Part shown: piece by piece, positions 17,739 through 25,829 of the stretch | Layout of the letters: every line of letters begins with the position of its first letter | Position numbering within the stretch: position 1 is the first letter of the stretch | NCBI GenBank assembly: GCA_964602115.1 | Contig: CAZRQN010000002.1 | Coordinates: forward strand, 248 to 64,247 | DNA: 64,000 nucleotides | DNA from: an uncultured Rhodobacterales bacterium | GTDB lineage: Bacteria; Pseudomonadota; Alphaproteobacteria; Rhodobacterales; Rhodobacteraceae | Direction of reading: 5' to 3' | Notes under the pieces: model-generated | Seen by the model: the letters and a program-made list of their open reading frames with translations, nothing else | Database searches by the model: none | Told to the model about the DNA's origin: nothing | Program-made: the position numbers and the translations under genes

Positions 17739-18833
17739 ATGAAGATCCACGAAAACCTGCGGCAACTCGCGGCGACATGCGCGCTGTTGCTCGCCTTCCC
17801 GCTGTCGGCGGCCGCTCAGGAAGCCTGCTCGACCTATTCCGTCAAGCCCGGAGACAGCCTGGGCTCGATCGCCCAGGCAGCCTACGGCTCGTTCGACTAC
17901 CAGATGATCTTCAACGCGAACCGGGAGGTGCTCGCGGGGAACCCCAACAATCTCAAGGAAGGTCTCCAGCTGGTGCTCCCCTGCGCCGACGGCCGCCTCA
18001 CGGCAGACAGCGAACTGTCCGAGGTGATCAAGGCCGAGGAGGAGAAACAGGCGGCGACGGCGAAGAAGTCGAACGTTTACGAACCGCCGCTGAAGTTCAT
18101 CACGGGTGACGGATGGGCGCCGTTCACGGCGAAGAACCTGACGGGCGGCGGTATCCTGACGCGGATCGCGGTGACCGCCATCCAGCGCGGCGGCAACGAC
18201 CGGCAATATACCGTGTCCTGGGTCGATGACTGGCAGTCGCACCTCGATGCGCTGCTTCCGTCAGGCGCCTATGACATCTCGATCGCCTGGGAGCAGCACG
18301 ACTGCGAGGAGCTTGAGATGCTGTCGGCCGAGATGGTCAAACGCTGCACCGACTTCGACTATTCCCTGCCCGTCTATGAGGTTGCCGAAGGCTTCTTCTC
18401 GCTGCCGGACAATGCCTTCGCCGGTGCGAAGGTGGTCGAGGACTACAAGGGTGCGAAACTTTGCCGGCCGAGCGCCTGGGGCACGGCAGATCTCGAGAAG
18501 TCCGGCCTGGTTTCGCCCTTCATCGAGATGATCCAGCCGAAGACGCCGAAGGAATGCGCCGAGATGGTTCTGGAGGGCAAAGCCGACATCTTCACCATCG
18601 AGCTTGAGACTGCCCTTGGAACCTTCAAGGAGCTCGAGGCCGGCGACAAGGTTGTCCAGAACCCGAACATCATCAACATGGCGTCCTACAGCCTCGTCAC
18701 CAGCAAGAACAACCCGCGCGGCCGCGTCTATATCGCCATGCTCAACAAGGGCATCGCCGAAATGCGGGAATCCGGCGAATGGTACGACATCGTCGCCACC
18801 GGCCTCTCGGAGTACAACGGAATTTCCAACTGA
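17739..18833 (+). CDS. Secreted LysM domain fused to a type-3 solute-binding-protein-like domain (paralog 2)
   Basis: The signal peptide is MKIHENLRQLAATCALLLAFPLSAAA-QEAC. The LysM is CSTYSVKPGDSLGSIAQAAYGS..YQMIFNANRE...LKEGLQLVLPC. The body is colinear with paralog 1 (WQSHLDALLPSGA, conserved Cys residues, ESGEWYDIV). Confidence 0.8.
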   Translation: MKIHENLRQLAATCALLLAFPLSAAAQEACSTYSVKPGDSLGSIAQAAYGSFDYQMIFNANREVLAGNPNNLKEGLQLVLPCADGRLTADSELSEVIKAEEEKQAATAKKSNVYEPPLKFITGDGWAPFTAKNLTGGGILTRIAVTAIQRGGNDRQYTVSWVDDWQSHLDALLPSGAYDISIAWEQHDCEELEMLSAEMVKRCTDFDYSLPVYEVAEGFFSLPDNAFAGAKVVEDYKGAKLCRPSAWGTADLEKSGLVSPFIEMIQPKTPKECAEMVLEGKADIFTIELETALGTFKELEAGDKVVQNPNIINMASYSLVTSKNNPRGRVYIAMLNKGIAEMRESGEWYDIVATGLSEYNGISN

Positions 18834-18855
18834 CCTGTCAATTCATGAAATGACC

Positions 18856-18886
18856 AAGGGCGGCCGCCAGGCCGCCCTTGCTTTTC
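18856..18886. terminator. Rho-independent terminator between convergent genes
   Basis: The hairpin AAGGGCGGCC-gcca-GGCCGCCCTT has a 10-bp GC-rich stem. It is followed by GCTTTTCC and lies 23 nt after the stop at 18833. Confidence 0.6.
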
Positions 18887-18950
18887 CTCGTCCAGGCGAA
18901 ATTTCGGAATAGCCGGCGCGAGCCGGGTCGGGCAGTCGCCGCGAGCCGCC

Positions 18951-19901
18951 CTACAGGAGGCGTATCGCCGAAGCCAAATCGGGGCGGGACTCGCGCATGG
19001 CATCGAGACTCTGGGCCACGACTTCCTTCAGACATCCGACCAGTTCGGACGCCGCGCTGGCAACAGGGTTCCCATGTCGGCCCATGATGCCGATGGTCAT
19101 CGGCGGAAAGCTCTCGGCCGTGGGGACACTAACGATGCGGAAGCCGGCAGCCGGCAAGACAGTGAGCATCTTCGGGCCCCAGGTGCACATGCCGGCACCG
19201 ATCATCGCCTCGATCATCGAATAGGTCTGTGCGACCACGATCCTCTGCTCGGGGGCCGTGAGTCCAAACCGTCCGAAGACATGGTCGAGAACCTTCTCGC
19301 GCGCGTCGGGGGAATAGTTGAGCACCCAATGCATGTCCCTCAGGCTGTTTATCGACCGGGCATTCTCCAACGAGTGCCCCTTGCGCACCAGAATGGCCGT
19401 CTCGAACTGGAGGAGCATCTCGGTGAAAAAGTCGTTCCCCGCAGAATCCTGGACGGGAACGCAACCAATCACCACATCGGCAACGCCGTCGCGCAACAGC
19501 GGTTGCGTCAGGGTCATCGCGGCTTCGCAAAGCTCCAGCCGAACGTCCGGCCGCCGTACAAGAAAGAGTGCAGCCGCCTCCGCAAGAAATGGCCGCACAA
19601 CCCAGGGCGATGCTCCCACCCGCAGAACAATTCCGCTTTCTGCGCGCATTTGCGCCATTGAGCTTTCCGCGCGCTCGATGCGGCCGAGTATGGCCCTCGC
19701 ATGCGCAAGAAGCGTCAGTCCGGTATCGGTAAAGCGAAGCCCGCTGGGGGACCGGATCAGCAGCGAGGTCTTGTGCGTTTCCTCAAGCTCGCGCAGTGCC
19801 CGCGTCACTGCAGCCTGGGAAAGGCCCAGATATCTCGCTGCGGCACGAATGCCGTTCGTCTCGGCGCAGGCGACCAGGGCCTGCAATTGATGGAGTTTCA
19901 T
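18951..19901 (-). CDS. LysR family transcriptional regulator (paralog group member 1)
   Basis: The N-terminus is MKLHQLQALVACAETNGIRAAARYLGLSQAAVTRALRELEETHKTSLLIRSPSGLRFTDTG. The ORF also allows a GTG at 19931. Confidence 0.85.
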   Translation of the reverse strand: MKLHQLQALVACAETNGIRAAARYLGLSQAAVTRALRELEETHKTSLLIRSPSGLRFTDTGLTLLAHARAILGRIERAESSMAQMRAESGIVLRVGASPWVVRPFLAEAAALFLVRRPDVRLELCEAAMTLTQPLLRDGVADVVIGCVPVQDSAGNDFFTEMLLQFETAILVRKGHSLENARSINSLRDMHWVLNYSPDAREKVLDHVFGRFGLTAPEQRIVVAQTYSMIEAMIGAGMCTWGPKMLTVLPAAGFRIVSVPTAESFPPMTIGIMGRHGNPVASAASELVGCLKEVVAQSLDAMRESRPDLASAIRLL

Positions 19902-20001
19902 CGGGGCAGCATTAGGGTCGGCTTCGAACACCGAAGGGCGGAGAATTCACAGTCAGCGCGATTTTCAGGTCGATCTTGCGCCGGTTTTCCACTCCGGCCC
20001 G

Positions 20002-21069
20002 TCATGCAGTCCGCCTTGCTGCGGGACGAAAGCCAGGCTCGCTCGTCTGTCGATAAGCCCGGGGGGTGGTGCCGTACCACCGCCGGAATGCACTCGAAAA
20101 CGCCGGCATGCTGTCGTAGTCCAGCATCCTTGCGATCGTCGATATTGCCACCGACGATCCGGTCAGATAACGGCCGGCCCGCTCTCTCCGCGTCGTGTCA
20201 AGGATCGCGGCGTAGCTTGTGCCCTCCTGCGCGAGCAGTCGCTGAAGTTTCTTTTCATGCATTCCGAGCATTCTGGCGACGAATTCGATCGAGCTGCAGC
20301 AGCCGCCGAGAAGGCCGCTAAGAACGCATTGGACCATCGCTGTGATCGACTGATCGAACCTGCGGTTTCCCTCGTGCCGCTGGCGAATGAAGCCGTCAAC
20401 GGACCGCTGAAACCATGCTTCACTGAGCTTGATCGGGCGACCGAGATCCTCGCGCGGCGCCATGACCGCCGTATGCTCGGCGCCGAATTCGACCGGACAG
20501 CGGAAAATTCGGTCATGTGTCGATCTGCTGACCGGCGCATCATGGGTAAACGTGATGAGGCTGGGGGCCCAGTCCGCATCGTCAATAATACGCCGAACCA
20601 GAAGAACCGCCACAGCCACCGTATGTTCGGCTTTCTGTCGACTCAGAAGGATCGGCCCCTGACGGCCGATCCTGACGGAAACCTGGCGATCCGTCGGACT
20701 TTCCGAAACGCCAATTTCATACGCATTCGTGAAAATCGCCAGATGATCCGCAACCCTGAACAACCAGTCTCCGATGGAACTGGCGAAATAGGCGTGCAGA
20801 GGAATCGCGCCCAGGGACTGAAAACTGGGAAAGCTCGTCTCTGCAAACCGAAGGCCGAGATCCGGCCGTCCCAGGCTTGCTGCAGTGATTTCGAGGAGCC
20901 GGGTATAAGAACGGAACGAGAGCATGTCGTCAGGACATCGGGCTTCGCCAGGATCGATGCCACAGGCGCGAAGCAGGTGTTCCGGATCTCCGCCGATATC
21001 CGCGACGAATTTCTCGAACCCGGACAGGACTGAACTGCGAATGTAGGTCCGATCCGGAAACTGTAACAT
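20002..21069 (-). CDS. AraC family transcriptional regulator
   Basis: The C-terminal double HTH is KKLQRLLAQEGTSYAAILDTTRRERAGRYLTGSSVAISTIARMLDYDSMPAFSSAFRRWYGTTPRAYR. The N-terminal half looks like an AraC-type ligand-binding domain. Confidence 0.85.
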   Translation of the reverse strand: MLQFPDRTYIRSSVLSGFEKFVADIGGDPEHLLRACGIDPGEARCPDDMLSFRSYTRLLEITAASLGRPDLGLRFAETSFPSFQSLGAIPLHAYFASSIGDWLFRVADHLAIFTNAYEIGVSESPTDRQVSVRIGRQGPILLSRQKAEHTVAVAVLLVRRIIDDADWAPSLITFTHDAPVSRSTHDRIFRCPVEFGAEHTAVMAPREDLGRPIKLSEAWFQRSVDGFIRQRHEGNRRFDQSITAMVQCVLSGLLGGCCSSIEFVARMLGMHEKKLQRLLAQEGTSYAAILDTTRRERAGRYLTGSSVAISTIARMLDYDSMPAFSSAFRRWYGTTPRAYRQTSEPGFRPAARRTA

Positions 21070-21199
21070 TTCTATGGTCCTTCTGGAGAGAAATCGTCAG
21101 CTCGGGCGGCAAGTCGGTTCGATTGTTTTCTGGTCTCTGAGCGGGCGTCCTCGCAGATCGGCATTCATCCGCCGGTGGCGCCGGGTAAAGAATCTCCGC

Positions 21200-21214
21200 T
21201 GCGTCAATGACGCA
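21200..21214. promoter_or_regulatory. Perfect palindrome TGCGTCA-a-TGACGCA, a candidate operator
   Basis: Read directly from the sequence in the AraC/LysR divergent intergenic region. Confidence 0.3.
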
Positions 21215-21260
21215 TGAGGCAGAAACTTCGGGGGGGCGCGGCGGTCAATCTTAGGTAGGT

Positions 21261-21272
21261 GTTTGCGCAAAC
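21261..21272. promoter_or_regulatory. Perfect 12-nt palindrome GTTTGCGCAAAC, a candidate operator
   Basis: Read directly from the sequence in the same AT-richer intergenic region (21070-21435). Confidence 0.3.
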
Positions 21273-21435
21273 AACTGGTTCGGGAAAGACAAAAGATGGT
21301 TGCGATGATTGCCGTAGGTTGTCAGTGACTGTACAACTCAACCAGGGTTAATGAGGTTGCGCGGATAGCGTCTGCCGCCTCGTTCCGCTTCGCGCGGGCA
21401 TGTGCGGCGTGCGGTTCGGAACTTTGGAGGGGACT

Positions 21436-22401
21436 GTGGCAGCCGGACTGAAACTGCATCAGCTTCAGGCCCTGGCGACCTGTGCGGAAGCAGGAAGCAT
21501 CCGGGGTGGGGCCCGTGCACTGGGGATTTCGCAAGCTGCCGTCACCCGCGCGCTCCGGGAACTCGAAAGTTCGCAGGGTGTCGAGCTCTTGATCCGCTCC
21601 TCGGCCGGTCTGGCATTCACCGACGCCGGCAGGACGCTGGTCCGGCATGCAGAAGCCATCCTGGCTCAGATGTCTCGGGCGGCAGATGACGTGGCGCGAA
21701 TGCGCGAACAGGCACATGCGGGCCTGAGTATCGGGATATCGCCCTGGGTGGCACGTGCCTTCCTGCCCGAAATCATCGCCCTGTTCCGCACCCGCGCGCC
21801 CGAGATCCGCCTGGAATTCTTCGAAAGCCTGATGACCGTTGCGCAGCCCATGTTACGGACAGGAAAGCTGAATTTCGTCTTCGGGGCTTTTCCCGGTGTG
21901 GACAGTGCCGGAAGCGATCTCGCCATTGAACCGTTCCTGGAATGCGAGACCGGCATCCTGGTCCGGGAAGGGCACAGCCATGCTTCTTGCCGGTCAATCC
22001 ACGATCTGCTCGGACTCGACTGGGTGTTGAACCTGCCGGCGGATGCGCGCGGCAATCTTCTCATGACGATCTTTGGCCAGTTCGGCGCGCAGATGGACGA
22101 AAACCGGATCATTACCGCGCATACACAAGCGACGGTCGAGACTATGGTCTCCATGGCGGACATGTGTACCTGGGCACCGAAGGTCTATTGCAACCTTCCC
22201 AGCACGTTGGTGCGCTTCACGTCGGTACCCATCGTCGAAGCCTATGCCCCGCGGACGCTTGGCGTCATCAGTCGTCGCGACACGCCCCAGTCCGACCTTG
22301 CGCTGGAGCTCATCGACTGCATCAAGACGGCGGTGCGGCGGAAACTGCGCCAGACCTGGCGCAGCAAGGACGAAATATTTCGGTCCGTCCGCCTGCTCTG
22401 A
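21436..22401 (+). CDS. LysR family transcriptional regulator (paralog group member 2)
   Basis: A GTG lies after GGAGGGG. The N-terminus is LKLHQLQALATCAEAGSIRGGARALGISQAAVTRALRELESSQGVELLIRSSAGLAFTDAG. The ORF opens at ATG 21400. Confidence 0.85.
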   Translation: MAAGLKLHQLQALATCAEAGSIRGGARALGISQAAVTRALRELESSQGVELLIRSSAGLAFTDAGRTLVRHAEAILAQMSRAADDVARMREQAHAGLSIGISPWVARAFLPEIIALFRTRAPEIRLEFFESLMTVAQPMLRTGKLNFVFGAFPGVDSAGSDLAIEPFLECETGILVREGHSHASCRSIHDLLGLDWVLNLPADARGNLLMTIFGQFGAQMDENRIITAHTQATVETMVSMADMCTWAPKVYCNLPSTLVRFTSVPIVEAYAPRTLGVISRRDTPQSDLALELIDCIKTAVRRKLRQTWRSKDEIFRSVRLL

Positions 22402-22464
22402 ACTCTGCCCCCAAGGATGGGCGCCGCCCCGAAGGAGCCACGTCAAGATGGAACCATACTGACA

Positions 22465-23421
22465 ATGGCAATGAAACTTCACCAGCTCCAGGCGCTGGTC
22501 GCCTGTGCCGACGCCGGCGGCGTCCGGGCGGCCGCTCGGCTGCTGGACATTTCCCAGGCCTCCGTCACACGCGCCCTGCACGAGCTTGAGGAGGCGCAGC
22601 AGCTTCCCCTGCTGGTGCGCACCCCGACCGGATCACGTTTCACGGTTTACGGCACCAGCCTCCTGTCGCATGCACGCATCATCCTCAAGCAAATGGCCAG
22701 GGCCGCCGACGACATCGCCCTTACCCGGGGCGAGGGCGGCACCCTTGGCATCGGCGCGTCGCAGTGGATGCAGATCAATTTCTTCCCCGAGGCGATCGGC
22801 GCCTTCAGGGCGCGCATGCCCGGTGTCCGGATCGAGATATCGGACAGTTACCTGACGCTTGCCGAGCCATTGCTCCGTGAGGGGCGGATCGATTTCATCT
22901 TCGGCTTCTTGCCGATGTTCGGAGGGGTCAAGTCCGACCTGAACTATGAGCCGCTCATCGAATATGAGCCCAGTGTGGTCGCCAGAAAAGGCCACCCGAA
23001 GGAAAACAGCACCAGCCTGCACGACCTGACGGATCAGAACTGGGCGCTCAATGTATCGAAGGAAGGCCGCTCCGCCTTCCTGCACTATGTATTCGGTCAG
23101 TTCGGCGTCCAGATCGACCCGGCGCGCATTTTCGCGGCCCACACGCTTTCGCTCGTCGAACTCATGACCGGGCAGATGGACATGCTGTCCGTCGCACCCC
23201 GAATGCTTTTCACGCTGCCACAGCTCCAGGGCAAATGGGCCATCGTTCCCGTCAAGGAAGTTCATCAGCGCCAGACACTTGGGATCATCTCGCTGCGCGA
23301 CACGCCGCTGACGGCGGCTGCCGCCTGCTTTATCGATTGCCTGATGGGGGTGGTGCGGCAGGGACTGATTGCTGCCGAAGCCAAGGGCTTGCCGGGTTTC
23401 GATTCCGTGCGCCTGATATAG
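22465..23421 (+). CDS. LysR family transcriptional regulator (paralog group member 3)
   Basis: The N-terminus is MAMKLHQLQALVACADAGGVRAAARLLDISQASVTRALHELEEAQQLPLLVRTPTGSRFTVYG. The ORF opens at ATG 22417. Confidence 0.85.
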   Translation: MAMKLHQLQALVACADAGGVRAAARLLDISQASVTRALHELEEAQQLPLLVRTPTGSRFTVYGTSLLSHARIILKQMARAADDIALTRGEGGTLGIGASQWMQINFFPEAIGAFRARMPGVRIEISDSYLTLAEPLLREGRIDFIFGFLPMFGGVKSDLNYEPLIEYEPSVVARKGHPKENSTSLHDLTDQNWALNVSKEGRSAFLHYVFGQFGVQIDPARIFAAHTLSLVELMTGQMDMLSVAPRMLFTLPQLQGKWAIVPVKEVHQRQTLGIISLRDTPLTAAAACFIDCLMGVVRQGLIAAEAKGLPGFDSVRLI

Positions 23422-23843
23422 CACGGACCTGCGCGGGCAACTTGCGTCCGCCACCGGTACCGGCGATCATCCGGGCGGGCTTGTCGCGGAAGTGCCTGAC
23501 GGCACCTTGCTTCCACGGGGCCGCGCGGCGGCAGGCCAAGCGCCAAGCCTGCCCCGGCTCCGCCGTCCCCTGTGTCGAAGGCAGCCGCATGCCCGGACCG
23601 GGCCGGGTGCGAAAGGCGCCTTCGCAAGGGCCGGACGCGGAGGAAAAGGCCGGAGCGGTCCCGGCTCTGAACACTTCGCTGCGAAGAGGGAAAGATCCGG
23701 GAGCCGCAGTGCCCGCAGGCTTGGTCGGTGTCGTGGTCTTGTCCGGGTCTTCCCGGTGGCGGTATGTGACCGGCTTCCACAGCCCGCTTCGGCCTCTCGG
23801 CCCCGCAGACGCGCGCATCACAATTCCACAACACGGCTTGGCA

Positions 23844-23857
23844 TTGACCTCCGTCAA
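23844..23857. promoter_or_regulatory. FNR/ANR-type box TTGACCTCCGTCAA
   Basis: It is a perfect TTGAC-N4-GTCAA palindrome in non-coding DNA, 358 nt upstream of the elaB-like ATG. Confidence 0.55.
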
Positions 23858-24214
23858 TGACGTTTGGTCCCGACGCCCCGCATCATCGCATGGATGAACG
23901 GACGGAGAGAACCTTGGACCGCGCGCTTCGACTGGACGGCCTGATCCCGGTGCCGGGGCTGTGGGGGTTTGCAGGCATGGCCGGCGCAGCCGGGTCCGCC
24001 GCCAGCGAAAGCATCTCCCCGGTCCCGTCAAGCGGCGGGAGGCATTGCACCGATAGGGCGCGCCAAGCGGCCGCCCGGAAGAGGGTGGCCCGTTCCGGCC
24101 AGAACCGCCGGACCTGCGAGCGCCCGCGCCGTCACCCGATGCTTCCGGCAGCGCAAGGCGCTGATGCCTTCCCGGCGACGGGCGGCGCCAACCCTGGACC
24201 AAACGAGGTGTCAC

Positions 24215-24556
24215 ATGGCTGATACTGCGACAGAACCCGAAGCCGCCGCCGGGACGAAGGCGGACGTCGGGGCGCAACTTGACGACATCCGGCGCGATAT
24301 CGCGGCGCTCGCCAAATCGCTGGGCGCCTTCGGCCGCAGCCAGTCTGCGTCCTGGGGCGACGAGGCGCGCCTGCTTTCGCAAGAGGCGCTGGCCGAATTG
24401 AAGAGGTTGCTGCATGAAGCCCAGCAGCAGCTCGGCACCGCCGAAAGGAAAGCGGAAAGAAGCGTTCACGAACACCCCGGGCAATGGCTCGGTGGCGTGC
24501 TCGGGCTTCTGGGCCTCGGCGTCCTTTTCGGCATGATCTTCGGACGCAGGAACTGA
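24215..24556 (+). CDS. DUF883/ElaB-YqjD family tail-anchored stress protein
   Basis: An ATG lies after GAGGTG. The product is 113 aa, with a helical N-terminal part and a C-terminal anchor HPGQWLGGVLGLLGLGVLFGMIFGRRN, typical of ElaB/YqjD. Confidence 0.75.
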   Translation: MADTATEPEAAAGTKADVGAQLDDIRRDIAALAKSLGAFGRSQSASWGDEARLLSQEALAELKRLLHEAQQQLGTAERKAERSVHEHPGQWLGGVLGLLGLGVLFGMIFGRRN

Positions 24557-24566
24557 GCTCCGCACA

Positions 24567-24959
24567 ATGGGACGCTTCCTGAGTTCACGGCTGCGGGCCG
24601 CTTTCGGGACGGTGGCGCTCGTCACCGTCGCTGCAATCCTGTCGCTCATTGCCCTTGGTCTTCTGGTTGCTGCCTTTGCGGTCTGGCTCGCGAGCCATAT
24701 CGGCACAATCCCTGCCCTGCTGGCGCTCGGGTCCGGATGCCTGGCGCTTGCCGCCGTGCTGGTCCTGATCCGGGCGGCGCTTGTCCGTCAGCAAAGGCGT
24801 GCCGGCCAGCGCGCGGCAGAGGCGGCGGCCCTCAGGATCGCGTTTGACCTCATACCCCGGCTCGGCGGCCGCCGGGCGACGCTTCTGGCCGCCTCTGTTC
24901 TCCTTGGCCTCGCCGCCCTGCTTCTCGGCGCGCCTCCGCCACCGGCGAAGGACGAGTAG
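24567..24959 (+). CDS. YqjE-like / phage-holin-family small membrane protein
   Basis: The product is 130 aa with three hydrophobic segments. It lies 10 nt downstream of the elaB-like gene, matching the yqjD-yqjE-type arrangement. Confidence 0.55.
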   Translation: MGRFLSSRLRAAFGTVALVTVAAILSLIALGLLVAAFAVWLASHIGTIPALLALGSGCLALAAVLVLIRAALVRQQRRAGQRAAEAAALRIAFDLIPRLGGRRATLLAASVLLGLAALLLGAPPPPAKDE

Positions 24960-25274
24960 GCGGCCCCACCCGGAAAAACCGGGCTCGACCGTTCATTGAT
25001 GACGCGGTCCGCGTCGCAGGAATGAACGCCAGTTCCAGAGCGGCCAATTCCTGCGGTCAAAGCCCGCAGCCGTCGGCCCTGCGGCATCGCCGCGCGGCGG
25101 CGCGTTGGCCGCACCTGCGATCCATCGGCGCTTCGGCATCCAATCCTAGAAACGGACCGCCCGGGCAAGGACCTCCATTCGCCGACAACCGCCAGTTCGT
25201 CGGGCGCCCGCTCGGCTTGACCAAGGGCGGCGGGTGCCTTGAGATCCAACGGGAAATGGCGGCCGGCCGGCCTG

Positions 25275-25727
25275 CTAATCCCAACCCAGTTCCGTTCGCA
25301 ACATGGCGGGCAGAGCGCTTTCATCAATGCCGGCGAAATTCTTTGCGATTTCACCACTGATGATATGGCGGAGACTCCCGGGCAATTCCTCGCGCCAAAG
25401 TCCCAGGGTACGCGGCGCCGAAACGACGACCAGACGCTCGAACTCCCCTGCGTGGAGATGCGCCTCGACCAGAGCGATAACCTGCCGCAGGAACTCGATC
25501 TCATCCTGTCGCAGCGGATCGCTGCCATATTCCATCGCCGACCGCATTCGCTTGCTGCCGGAGGAAAAGCTGCGTCCCGGCTTGTCGGACATGATGTCAC
25601 GCAATTTGTGGCTTGGCGCCCGCAACACCAGCTCGGGACGGGCGGGCTCGCCGGGCGCGGGCAGGCCCCGGAGAAGCCGGGCCCGTGTCGCGCTCAGAAC
25701 CAGAATCCATTCGGTCGGTCTGCTCAT
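25275..25727 (-). CDS. Host-attachment protein family (baeRF, release-factor-like fold)
   Basis: The sequence is MSRPTEWILVLSATRARLL...HKLRDIMSDKPGRSFSS....RSAMEYGSDP...EFLRQVIALVE.....FERLVVVSAPRTLGLWREELP. The ATG at 25727 lies 6 nt after AGGTG. The ORF opens at 25766. Confidence 0.7.
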   Translation of the reverse strand: MSRPTEWILVLSATRARLLRGLPAPGEPARPELVLRAPSHKLRDIMSDKPGRSFSSGSKRMRSAMEYGSDPLRQDEIEFLRQVIALVEAHLHAGEFERLVVVSAPRTLGLWREELPGSLRHIISGEIAKNFAGIDESALPAMLRTELGWD

Positions 25728-25772
25728 GGTCATCACCTGACCACTTGATCGCCCGACGGCGAGCACCTGGCA

Positions 25773-25786
25773 TTGACCATGGTCAA
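25773..25786. promoter_or_regulatory. FNR/ANR-type box TTGACCATGGTCAA
   Basis: It is a perfect palindrome centred about 52 nt upstream of the ATG at 25727 of the host-attachment-family gene. Confidence 0.7.
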
Positions 25787-25829
25787 CGATGCGGCAGAAG
25801 CGCAGTGCCGGCCGGCGATCAAAGCGACC

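Noticed and set aside
23560-23800. A GC-rich structured-looking stretch with AGAGGGAAAG...GCCGCAGTGCCCGC, vaguely reminiscent of a cobalamin riboswitch core.
   Set aside because: I could not find a B12-box-like element, and the downstream genes (elaB/yqjE-like) are not cobalamin-related. This cannot be supported without a covariance-model search.
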